Source: Octopus sinensis
Lineage: Eukaryota
Direction: 5' to 3'
DNA length: 64,000 nucleotides
Assembly (NCBI RefSeq): GCF_006345805.1
Contig: NC_043002.1
Location: 59,954,001-60,018,000, forward strand
The notes beneath the pieces are model-generated. The model did no database searches, was not told the DNA's origin, and saw nothing but the letters and a program-made list of their open reading frames with translations. Both the position numbers and the translations under genes were made by a program. Shown here piece after piece: positions 26,813-39,028 of this stretch (its first letter is position 1; each line of letters begins with the position of its first letter).

Positions 26813-28379
26813 TTATATAATTTTATTCACTTCGATGATTTTTGAAATTATCGCTGCATTCATATGATTAATACATACCTGGTGTCGAGAGTATTTTTGC
26901 CCTCGGTAGTAATACTCACTGACGAAGACTAAGTGTTTCTAGAATTTGAAATCATGTGATGTAAGTACCTCCGCAACGCATTTGCAATTTTTACTCGCTA
27001 TTGTGGTTCTTGAGCCGTTTGACTCCTATTTCTAGCAAGACTGTGTACTATCTAGTATACTGATTATAAATGAATAATCTCACTGCTTTTGTTATTTTAT
27101 GATTGCTAGCCACTTATATTATTATTTTTTAATTGAAAATAATATCTTTATATATATAACAACCGAATTAGCTAGTTCAGAAAATATCTATAAGGCATGT
27201 AAGCAATAATTTATACCAAGAAGTAATGTTGATCGTCACCTAAAACATGGCTGTTTCGCAGGAACTGACATTACATTTCTTTTAACCCTTGAAGGACACC
27301 TCCTTCGGTTAGTTCTTCTCTGTGAACTGCAAATATGCTTGTTGTAAGATCAGTGACTCTTTGTCAGTTGTTTTCCCTATATCGTAGCTGGAGTAAACTA
27401 GCGCTATCTCTAGAAATATACACATAAAAATGGAATCAGAAAGGGAGAAAAAGTGAGAGAGAGAAGAAAAAGAATGAGGAGGAGGTGGGGAGGAGGGTGG
27501 GAGAGACGGAGTGGAGAAAGAGGGAGGGATAGGGAATGAAGGGAAAAAAGCGGGGAGAATGAGAAAAACATTGAAATGTATGATGTCAAATACGTCAGCT
27601 TTGAATGAATGGCGCCGGGTATGTCGCGCCGACACGGCTGTGCCAGAATGATCCATACTCCGATAAATATGGTCTATTTCACTTAAAAGAATGATTCTGA
27701 TCATTTGAACATTTTGCTATTAAATGTTACAGCCTTTCAATGCCATTACCGTTTATTTTTAGTTCAAAATTAGCTAATGTCTGAGAATGCAATTATATAT
27801 ATACATGTAATTATATATTTCATTGTATCACTAACACTGTGTGTCTATGTGTGTAGTGTGATTGGGCTATCTGACAGCCATCTGACAACCATACTGAATT
27901 ACGTTTCGTTGCCGCACTAAGTAATTTTTATTTTATAAAATTATAACAATATTGTTTTGAAATATTAATCGAATACTTAATTCGATACAAAATTACATTT
28001 TTCTATCAATTTCCTTAAACTTGTGTGTTGGTAACATTTTTTCGTAGTCATTGCAAAAACGAAATCTTTTGTAGTTAAATTACCGTAAACTAATGTCGTT
28101 GTTTATATTTATAAATTTCTCCCTTTTATGATAATGCTTTGAATAAAGTTATGAAATAATTTGAGATTAATTTTCTTTGACATCCATTTGTTATGATTAA
28201 TAATCTCTTTTCTCTTTTGATTTCACGTGAAGTTTCTTTTGGTAATAACTAACTCAAATTATAACTTAAAAGTTAATTGTAAAAGAAAATTATAATTTTC
28301 ACAACTTTCTTCAAATTTGCGTTAGTTTAAAGAGGAGACACTCTTCCTGTTAACTTCACAGTATGAAAGAATATATTAA

Positions 28380-29660
28380 AGTTATTGATGCGTTTGAAAT
28401 TTAGTAATGTTCTGTTCTGCCGTTGTCAATATGCTGCTGGACGAAACATTTACACGTTGCTACCGTTATGTCTCAAATTGTTACAGTAATATCGGGGCAC
28501 AGGCCAAAGATAGGTCCCAGCTGTGATTGGTTCTGTTCATCGATACCCTGGCGGAATTTTATTTCATAATGAAAGATCCTGAAACGAATACCAAAGGGTT
28601 GTTTGTTCGACTACGGGGAAGTGTAGAGGTATTTAAAGGCAATAGCTTTCGAACAAGGATGCAGAGAACCATATTTTTGGAGTTTTTTTGCAGAAAATAT
28701 TATCGGATATGGAGGTGAATGGAATTATGAAAATGAATGCAAGACCTTAACACGAATAAAGTCTAATTCGGCCAAGTCTGTGACTCCAAAGATCCTTGCC
28801 TTGCTATGTAGAGTCACATGTAGTGGGACAGGACCTTAAGCACTAAACAGCAGGATACACACTTGGTTCAGTCTACTAGAACAATTGGAAGGTAGCCTTC
28901 TCCGTCAGAACTTCACCAAGAGAAGACTATCAAAGGATTGACAAACAGAGCTGGTCAGCGTGTGTTATCGCTCCTCCACATTATGCATGTTGCCTCATTA
29001 TCATGCTTTGCCTTAATCATTTTGCCTCAGCACTTCAGAACAGACACTGTTTTAATTATTGTACAACTAGCACATTACACTGACTAGGTTGTCAATCTCC
29101 TGTCAACAAAGTCTATGGGGATTTCTCGTGTGTTGATTAATATTGCGCCAGTTTTTAAACGGCCATCTTGCGTTGGTAACCTCTGGCTACATCCTCTATC
29201 ACGGTTCTTCTCTTTAGTGAGAAACAGTGCTCTGTCAAACGGAAAGCAAGATTAGACATTCGGCTCTTAATATGTTCTCAGGCGTCAACAGTCCTGTAAT
29301 AGTCGGACAATGTAATTGGTTCCATTGCCATGTTAGGGCCCTATAGAGAAACAAGTAGGAAAGAGTGTAGAGGGCTCTCAGAGAATTTATAGAGATTGAC
29401 GAATACCAACTGCTTGGTCTTCTTCCGAAGAACGTTCAGGCCAGAAATGTTAGATATTTCCCAGAAATCACTGCTATTACAGTGATTTTATGGGAGGGGG
29501 CAGCCGCTTCGATAAAATCGTGCCATCAGCTGGGTTTTCTTGAGATCCAAATTCAAGACTAATACAATTTGCACATTTACGGAAAGGAAAGTCCGCCATT
29601 TGGTCTTTGACAGAAGAATCTAAAACTCACTCTTTAAAGAGTCAATTTTTTCCTTATATT
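28380..29660 (-). pseudogene. Heavily decayed Mutator-like (MULE) transposase
   Basis: Manual minus-strand translation gives ordered fragments VTDLAELDFI, SCIHFHNSIHLHI and ILVRKLLPL, resembling the MULE motifs xTDFE, GCxFH..QxI and RKLxAL. Many stops and frameshifts. Confidence 0.45.
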
Positions 29661-32600
29661 CTATAGTCAGCAATTGACAGACGTTTCAATATGTTTGGCA
29701 ATGTCAGTATCGTACTCTTTGATTAAGACTGGTGACATTTGTATGAGGTGTTACACAAACATTACCAATTACATATAATTTGTTCAAGAAATATTTGAAT
29801 AATTTTGATGGGTTTTTTCGTCAATGACGCGTGGTCATTGTCTAGAATTTTGGATATTTTCGTGTCATTGTAAACTACGAATTATTCTAATGTAATATAG
29901 ATATTTTTCAATTGCAAAACAATTTGGATAAAGTAATCGAAAATCGCGTGATAATTTTTAGTGATTATCAAGGAAATAGATACATAATTTGAAGTAATTA
30001 CAGTAAATTTGTTAAGTTAATTTACATGTATTTTCTCTCCATAGGTATTTCAGCAGAAACACACACACATGCACGCACACATATTCACAGACAAAAAGCA
30101 CACATATGCATAGATACAGAGACAGATACACAAACACACACATATATGTGCGTGTGTGTATATATATGTAAAGGCGATTACATTTGTAGAAACGATATAT
30201 TGAAACGCTTAAGATCATGAAAATAATTGTTTATCATAACAATCTTAATTGATCTTTCAAATATCTGAAACAACTTGCGGTTTTTTTTTTCTTAAATTCC
30301 TTTCTCAATATTCTTTGTTCCGTTCTTTTTCTTCGGTTCAATTCTAAATAACAGTAAAAGATAAAACCTATTAACATGAAAGATAAAATCTGATTGATGA
30401 TAAATGATTCGTAAGTACTTTCAGCATAGAAAAAAAAACAACAACAAACACACATAAATTAGATATATCTGAAAGAAAAATATAACACAGATAAATGAAT
30501 ATTAAAACAAACTAAAATACAAATATTAATGATAATAATAATAACATTAATAATAGTGATGAAAATAATGATAACAGCAACAACAACAACAATAATGATT
30601 ATGGTATTTTCTATTTATTTGCGAAAAGTGAAGAATCTATCAAAGAAAACTGATAGCAATTCATTCGCACAATTTAAGCATACGCACACATAGGAGCGGT
30701 CGGTGGGGGGTCTCAGAGTTACAATACAAATATATACATATATCTGTGTTTCTGTGTGTGTGTTTGTGTGTATGTGTGCGTGTGTATGTATGTATATATG
30801 TATGTATGTATGTATGTATTCAAATGGGAAAACTGGTAAATTATACAAGGACATTTGGGTTTGCAAAATTTTTGATTTGAACTCCTGAAACAGAAACAAA
30901 ATTTGTTTTATCTCGGGAGCGTCATTATACTAAAATATAACACGCACTGATTCTTGTTTACTTCTTTTGTTACTATTAATCAATAAGTTAACTATTTACG
31001 TGTATCAAGCAATCAGCTAGATTTGTAAATTTCTTCCCATCGCCATTCGTGTCTCCATCGATGACGTTCTGTTCTCCTCCAGGCCTGCTTCAGTTCTGTC
31101 TGTCTATCACCTTAGAAGAAAGATGAATTGTTAACTAATTGACTAATAATAATAACATATGAGTGAAAAAGAAACAATACGTGTATATTGTTTGCAGAAT
31201 GACCCTACCGAGATACAACCCCTCCTCCCGATATCAGTTTGTTACACTAAGGAAATATGTACATAAATTTATATATGTTAATCATGCCCGGCACTGAAAT
31301 TTGTTTCTCATTTATGTAAAGTAGATTGAGAGCTAGCCAGGTTTCAGAACACTCGTAGTGTAAATGAAATCGTCTGAATATGCACATACACATTATTACA
31401 TTTAAATGTGATGCAAATTATATTGTTTTTCTCTCCACCTTTTATTTCAACCCGCATACTATCTTTTCAAAGATATCATATTTAAACGAGGAAGTGTAAT
31501 AAATACTTTGAAATATCTGTGTATATAGAGTGAGAACTAAGAAAGGTGAGTGAGATCGTGTACGTAAATGTATGCGGATGTGTTGTGTGTGCGTGTGAGA
31601 GAGAGAGAGAGAGAGTGTGTGTGTGTGTGTTTAAAAGTGTTTTGCGCGCGCGCGTGTGTGTGTGTATGTAAGTAACATGATGGTGTGAGCAAGAATACAA
31701 CTACCAGTTTTATTATAACTACCAGTTTGCCACCTACTCTTTCCGTGAATCTTCACTGCTTTTTCCAGTGGTAACTCAACGCTGAAACATTTTATGGAAT
31801 GGTGAGAAAGTCGGAAAAACTTTCGTTGAGAAATGGCGGCGTTGTTCTCAGGCGCAAAGAAAAATATTAACGAGAAACAACAAATAGAGCAACGCAAATA
31901 AAAACCTTCATAAAGCCATAGCCTACTTTAAAGGAAAGTATCCCTTAATCACGATAAAATTCTAATCTTGGTTCTGTGATAAATCAGAATTATATTAACT
32001 TTGGTGTTGCTTTAGGACCATGGATCTCAACCGTCTTTTGCCTTTAATTCTTAATTTACTTGGATGGAACTTCATAGACATTCGATGCTAAAAACCAACC
32101 TTATTTTTATTACTAAATATTATTAGGAATTGTTTTAAAAAAATGAAATATTGTACATAAAGTTTTACTAGAAAAACTATGGGACCTTGGGGTCTCATAT
32201 GAGCCGCAGAACAGAAAACCTGGACTACACCAAAGTATTCGCTCACGTCATCTTGGACGGTGCATATGATGGCCATTGAATCTAAGCATGATTTTCACCA
32301 AAAGTCTCGGGTACAAGTACACCAAAACATCGGTGCTCAACTGGTTTGCAATTTCTTTTTCATTTTTTTTTTTAAAGTAAATTTCTCCTCCATTGCCTGT
32401 TCAATAAACTACGAATCCCATGTCGTCTCAGAAGAGAGAAATGATCCCCTCCTATTGCCTCTTGCATTTCAGTTGATATCGTTCCCATTCTTGTATAATA
32501 TTTATATTTAAAGAAATGTTGAATTGCAGCATTGTTGTTTTTCCTGCTATTGACTTTTGTGTTTGCTTTTTTAAAGTTTATATTTTTCATTTTCTAAAAT

Positions 32601-33661
32601 TTATTATATTGTTATCAATAATTGCTGTACTTGTAGACGTCATCATTGCTACACAGACTTCACAGATTTTAACTGATACCAATAAACGCAGCCGTAACAA
32701 ATTATGCTAAACTACGAGTAAATTAATGATAACAAAAATTATGAAATACGAAAATATGCAACGATAAATACTTATAATGTGTAAATAAAAATCTTTAATT
32801 ATAAAGTAAGAAAATTGGATCATTCACCAATCAGATTTTGGAAAAACTCCTCCGTACACCTAAAGCAAATAAATGTAAAACCTCAGCTGTAACAACAACA
32901 ACAACAACAACATTATATGGCCTCCTACTCTCTATGGAGACACAAAATGTTGACATAATCATATAAAAACTAGGGCTGAGCTAAACGTTATACAATATAG
33001 TAATCCATTGTAATAAATGTCTAACAAACAATTATTTTACACTACGTACACATTCACACACATACGTATGTATGTGTGTTTTATTATATATCCATAAATA
33101 TTTAATATATATCTCTGTCTATCTGTCCGTCTATCTGTCTCTCTCTCTTTCTCTCTCTCTCTACACACACATATATATTTGTATGTGTAGTGTGTTAGTT
33201 CACAAACAAACCACTGCTTTCATATCTAGCGTGAACTAGACATTTCTTAGTTTTTCTAAACTATAACCGTTCTCTGCTAAGAATGTCTTTTTTAAACACA
33301 ACAACGCCGGTGATAGTTGAAGAAATATTCCTCTTAAAAAGTTATGGACGAGCGAGTAGTCTTCCTTGGCTTGATAGCTAGGCTTTCCAATCTTGAAAGA
33401 AAAGTTTCCGAAACAACGTTAACACTTAGGCTGTTCCTTCCAGTTGCATATCATCTCTCACTATTATCTTTCACTCCTGATATACGAACATGGGAAGTTC
33501 TGTTGTTTTTATTGTTGTTGTTGTTGATGTTGTTCTTTGTCTTCTTCTTCTCTTCTTTCTTCTTCTTCTTCTTTTCTTCTTCTTCTTCTTCTTCTTCTTC
33601 TTCTTCTTCTTCTTCTTCTTCTTCTTCTTCTTCTTCTTCTTCCTTCTCTCTTCTTCTTCTT

Positions 33662-33692
<31 letters not shown>

Positions 33693-33707
33693 TTATTATT
33701 CTTATTA

Positions 33708-33787
<80 letters not shown>

Positions 33788-34341
33788 GAGTGAGAGAGCA
33801 GTTCATGCCATCAAAGTGACACTGGGGTAAAATATACGAAGCCCAATATACCCATCATGACTACCCGTCTGATAAGGGTACACCAGGCACATGCATCACA
33901 ACCATATGTGCGCGACATGGTGATCTCATATCAAGATAAACAGCACATGACCTTGCAGGTGGGGCCCAGTTATAATTTTCTTCAGGTTGAGTAGCCCATC
34001 CTGCTCAAAAGGTGCCTGAATAAGGGTTGTTTAAGGATGTTGAAAGAACCACCCATGTTTCCAGAGGTGAATTATTCAAACCCCAAAGAATCCCTCTCGA
34101 CAGATGGCTATGAAGCTCCCCCACTACTTCTGCTCGTGATCAGAGATGCACATATCGTCAGCCACTAAAGGACATGCTCAACTGGTTACGGTCAAACAAC
34201 TGACAAGCAAATCTGTGGTATTGAGCAGAATATTTGCTGTAGCCCATCTTTTATACCAAGACAAAACAATGTACATGATGACACTTCCAATCAGTTAAGA
34301 TCAGAAGCCATGAGAGCCACTGCCTGGTACTGCATCAAGGC

Positions 34342-34343
<2 letters not shown>
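33788..34343. mobile_element. 556-bp non-coding insert bounded by (TTA)n on both sides
   Basis: Sharp boundaries, complex sequence, no ORF of 60 aa or more inside, no TIRs seen. Confidence 0.65.
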
Positions 34344-34406
<63 letters not shown>

Positions 34407-35197
34407 TATTATTATTATTATTATTATTTGCTTTTAATTTGCATATTTCATAGCATTACTTCGCGGGGCACGGCCGGCGACCTGGGGCATGGCCGGCGAC
34501 CTGGGGCAAGAGAAGATCAAGGGCTGTTCAGATGTAATGGAATGTTTGTGGGTGGAAAGCGTGGAGGACTGAATGATTATAGAGCCATACGACACACAAT
34601 CAGGCTTTTTGTAAGAATGTGGCGTTAGTACTGCCCAGCTCCCTGATAGTAGACTTTTATATAAGAAGTTATCAAGATGTCAGTGAGATGACAGTATAGT
34701 TACATGCCTGACAAAATTACCTAGCGACTTTGCTTTTCGCAGAACGACTTCACCTTTCATAATAACGGAGTTGATACAATAATTACCAGTGGAGCACCAG
34801 AGCCGAGGAAATCCACATACTCCCTCTCAAAATTTCAGGACTTGTAGTATAGGTCTTGGATTGACAGACAGAAACTCGGATGCGTTTTAGACAATCATTT
34901 GCTGGGCTTGTTCCATCCCTCTAAATTCAGAGTTGAAATCCCACCGGATTGCATGATAGCAGAAAATAATGCCCAGGTATTTGTCTCTATTTAAGTGACT
35001 TGTTAGCCTGTCTCAAACATCGGACCTTCTGCCTCCTATGTTTGTGACAAATATTAACACTTTACAAATTTTATGTCTCCGTAGACAGTAAGAAGCCATA
35101 TTTACTATAATGTTTTTTGTTATTTTTGATACAGCTGAGGTTTTACATTTATTTGCTTTATGTGTACGGAGTTTTTCCAAAAACTGATTTGTGAATG

Positions 35198-35628
35198 CAC
35201 ATTATTTACATTATTTACATTATTTACATTCGACGAATATTTGTCCTCATCTTGTTTGTTGTTAACACAAAGTTTCGGTTGATATGAGCAACATATGGGA
35301 ACCAGTATTAAGGAAGGATAGAAAAATATTAGATCTATAAGCCCTAAAATTCACTCCATAATTGCCAACAGGCATTTGGAGGAATGGTTAAGAGCGCGGG
35401 CTGCTAACCCCAAGATACCAAGTTCGATTGCAAGCAATGGCTTGCACAATAATAATGATAACATCGAAAAATACTTAGGAATGTGAACCCAGGTTCGAAA
35501 TTTTCCTAAGACATCTGTAGAAGGCTGAAGGGTATATCAGCCGAAACGTTATGTTAACAACAAACAAGATGAGGACAAATATCCGTCGAATAATGTACAT
35601 ACGTCCTAATCTCTTAAATAGAGAACTG
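35198..35628 (+). mobile_element. tRNA-headed, hammerhead-tailed PLE-like non-autonomous element (copy A)
   Basis: TSD (AACTG)ATTTGTGAATG at 35182-35197 and 35624-35639. Inverted partial copy at 35201-35285. tRNA-like head at 35371-35435. Hammerhead-like fold at 35511-35554. Confidence 0.75.
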
Positions 35629-36265
35629 ATTTGTGAATGATCCAATTTTCTTACATTATTATTAATGTGGCGGAGGCCAGCTGAAACTAAGTATCATAAA
35701 TAAAATACATACACTGTTTGATAGTCAGTCAGTGTAGTGCTTTTCTTGCCGCCACATCTCTTATGGAGTTTCTGTGTTATAAATACAATAAAAAGCAAAG
35801 GGAGACAAAAATTCGTACCAGGAGCTGGGCGGCCACTCGTGAAATCCGTGAAGGATTTATTCCCTTTTTTCTACATCATGGATGACGAATACTCATCCGA
35901 GCATGTGACTGGCTGAGTGCATGCACCATTGTAAAAGCCAAAGAAAGGCTAAAGGGCATCTGGCGTTGTCGTTGGCCTGTGATTTGGACCAATAATTTGT
36001 CTCTCTTTCAAATCTATTATGTTTTTAAGTTCATAAGAGATCTTATCTATGGACAATTACTGAGGTTACTGGCTCGGCACCGTTGTATGTACGTTAAGTA
36101 TGATACATAGATGACTATGTATCATAGACAGACAACTTTTCACAAAATCAGTGAATCTTTTATTTCTGTTTTTCTAATATTAGAATACGTACCATTGAAA
36201 AAGGTCAAGAAAAGCCAAAAAGCATTTGTTGCTCTCATTGCAACCGCCAGCCCAATTGTTCGTCA

Positions 36266-36344
<79 letters not shown>

Positions 36345-36500
36345 TGTCCCTCTTATCTCTCTCTCTCTCTCTCTCCTCAATCTCTCTCTCTGCTGATAGC
36401 TATTGTACTTTTAACGAAGACAATTCACAAGTGATATTGTAGCAAATTGCTTATCAGCATTCTGTGTACATATGTACATTATGTATGATGCGTCTGTGTG

Positions 36501-36537
<37 letters not shown>

Positions 36538-36550
36538 TTGTGTGTGTATA

Positions 36551-37120
36551 CGAGCAAAAGCACCCCCCCCCCGTCCAATGGACGGTGCTGAGTTGTTAAA
36601 CATTTAAACCAAATTTTCTCACAACAACTTGTCCGACCGTCCCATTGGATTACCCTTTGAGAAACACTGATTTAACTTTTTTAAATTTGAGACACCAGCA
36701 AAAGAAGAAATAAAGATAGACTTTTTTCTATTCCAAAGAAAAACGATTTTATTCACACAAATATGCAACCGAAGAGTTTAAAGTACCAGTAATGATAAGG
36801 CTGTTGACTGGGAGAACACAAACATGGTTTAAATAGTAAGCTTGGCAGGAAAGAAACGTGCCTTTAAGCAGTATAAAAACAACAAAAAATGGAAGGTGCA
36901 GTTAAGTACAGGTTGACGGAAGAAAGGCAGGACAAAAACGGGTTTATCGACCGCATTCTCACCTGGAATCGATTTTTGCAATTTTTTCAAGACTTATACA
37001 CGCCCTTATACCGTCGGTATCTACATATCAAATTTGAGCGCAATCGGATGGAGAATGCCCGAGATCCGAGAAGACACACAGACAGACATACATAACGGAG
37101 TTTATATCATATATATATAT
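36551..37120 (-). mobile_element. Non-autonomous Helitron
   Basis: Minus-strand 3' end CTCG (mutated CTAG) with perfect hairpin CCGTCC-AAT-GGACGG at 36571-36585. The other end has AAATTTGAGCGCAATCGG..GACAGACA..(TA)n. Confidence 0.65.
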
Positions 37121-37216
37121 GATTGATTGATTGATTGATTGATTGATTCTAGTTTCAGCTTATGAGCTGTGGCCATGCTGGGGCACCGCCATTTGGTGTT
37201 GCTACTTGGTTTCACT

Positions 37217-37909
37217 TCATGGAGGCTTTCTAGCAACTGCTATTTGGTGCATGAGAGAGTTCGATGCAGCTGCCCTCATCTGCCCCTCCTGCCGTGAAGT
37301 TGGTTCATCTGGGACACCTGACAGGAAGAGATCCAGCTTCATTTTAAAGACATCTGTATCCACCCCATGCAGGTCTCTCAGGTTCTTCGGGAGGATATTG
37401 AAGAGCTGTGGGCCTCGGAAGCCCAGGCTATCACAGAATCTTGTCCTACATCTTGATGGCAGGTTTGGAGTCCTAGGCACCACGCAGTGGCGCCCAGTTC
37501 TGGCATTTGCGTAACTCTCGATGCCAAAGTTCAGGACACTTCCCTCCAGGATCTTCCAGATGTATATTATGGCATATCTTTCCCGCCTACGCTCCAGGGA
37601 ATATAATTTTAATCTCTTGAGTCTTTCCCAGTAGCTTACATTCTGCATAGAGGCTATCTTCTTTGTGTAGCTTCGTTGGATCGCCTCAAGTTCTGTGATC
37701 AACTTGACACTGGATGGTGACCATAGCTGAGAGCAATAGTCAAAGTGGCTTAGGACAAGTGTCTTCCAGAGGACCATCATGGTTTCTTGTTCTCTTGTTC
37801 TAAAGGTTCTAAGAATCCATCCAGCCAGCCGTCTACATTTCATTGTCAGTTTAGCAACATGTACATGAAAGGTCGCGTCATCACTCATGTGAATACCCAG
37901 GTCACGCAC
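37217..37909 (-). CDS. LINE ORF2 C-terminal region (frameshift-separated fragment)
   Basis: RDLGI..HFDYCSQLWSP..LEAIQRSYTK..SYWERLKRLKLYSLERRRER..LFNILP, typical of the CR1/L2-group post-RT region. Confidence 0.9.
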   Translation of the reverse strand: MRDLGIHMSDDATFHVHVAKLTMKCRRLAGWILRTFRTREQETMMVLWKTLVLSHFDYCSQLWSPSSVKLITELEAIQRSYTKKIASMQNVSYWERLKRLKLYSLERRRERYAIIYIWKILEGSVLNFGIESYANARTGRHCVVPRTPNLPSRCRTRFCDSLGFRGPQLFNILPKNLRDLHGVDTDVFKMKLDLFLSGVPDEPTSRQEGQMRAAASNSLMHQIAVARKPP

Positions 37910-39028
37910 TGATTGTGCCTCTGGGATTGCAATCCCTCCGGTCCAGTGTATTCATTGGGTATTGCATTCAGTTTTGCATGCTGATAGTATAAAGCTTGAA
38001 ACTTTCCAGCATTGAACTGCATGCTATTCTTTTCAGCCCACTTGTATATTTCGTCCAGCTCACATTGCAGGTGTTTAGTGTCCTCAGGGTTCTGTATTGC
38101 CTGTGAAACTTTTGTATCATCTGCATAACTTGTGATCGTGGCTCTCTGCGTGGCTGAGGGCATGTCTGAGAGGGCCATTATGAACAGTAGTGGTCCCAGA
38201 ACAGTGCCCTGCGGAACACCGCTCACTATTTGTGTGTTAATGGAGGTGGCCCCATTGGCTACTACCACCTGACTTCTATCCTTCAGAAAGTCATGAAGCC
38301 ATTCTCCCAGTTTTCCAACTATGTTGAGATCACGCAGTTTGTGACATATCATTCCATGATCGACTTTATCAAAGGCCTTTGCAAAGTCGAGATATATCAC
38401 TTCCACATTTGAGTGGTTGAGCAGCCGTTTCAGCACCCAGTCATAGTGTTGTAGGAGCTGAGTTAAACAGCTTCTCCCTGGTCGGAAACCATGTTGGGTG
38501 TCGGGCAGCAAGTCATTCTCTTCAAGGAAGGTGATCAGCTTCCTTCTGACTATTCGTTCCATGACCTTGCTGATGTGTGAGGTCAGAGAGATAGGTCTAT
38601 AGTTCTTGGCTTCCGCTCTGCTACCTCCTTTATGAATGGGGCATATTTTACCTTCCTTCAGTTTTCCTGGAAGTTTGCCAGCTGCAAGGAAGCTCTGAAA
38701 GAGGAACTGCAGTGGTCTTGCTAGGACTCTCTTACATGCTTTTAGGAGGATTGCCGGGAATCCATCGGGGCCAGTAGCTGAGTCTGTTTTCATTTCATCT
38801 ATAGCCTTGGTTACATCTCTCTTCCTTTATATCGATGTAATCTATCGTCGCCGCCTCTGATTTTATATCTGCAGTGGTAAAAAAGTCAGTTGGATTGGTG
38901 ATTTGGAGATGCCCAAGGGGTGGAGTGAAAACACTCTTGAATTGCTCATTCAGTATTTCACTTACCCTCATTGGTTTTCCTGTAAGTGTGCCATCCTTTT
39001 CGAGGAGTGGCCCTATTCTACAGTGCAC
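37885..39028 (-). CDS. LINE reverse transcriptase (fragments 38795-39028 and 37885-38793)
   Basis: ATGPDG, NYRPISLTS, QHGFRPGRSC, YLDFAKAFDKVDH, SGVPQGTVLGPLLF, YADD. Confidence 0.95.

Noticed and set aside
33788-34343. Hammerhead in the TAA-embedded element (minus-strand CTGACGA and CTGAAGA)
   Set aside because: No suitably placed GAAA with stems II and III.
35876-35910. SECIS-like hairpin GGATGA..TCATCC
   Set aside because: Stem too short, geometry wrong and no associated CDS.
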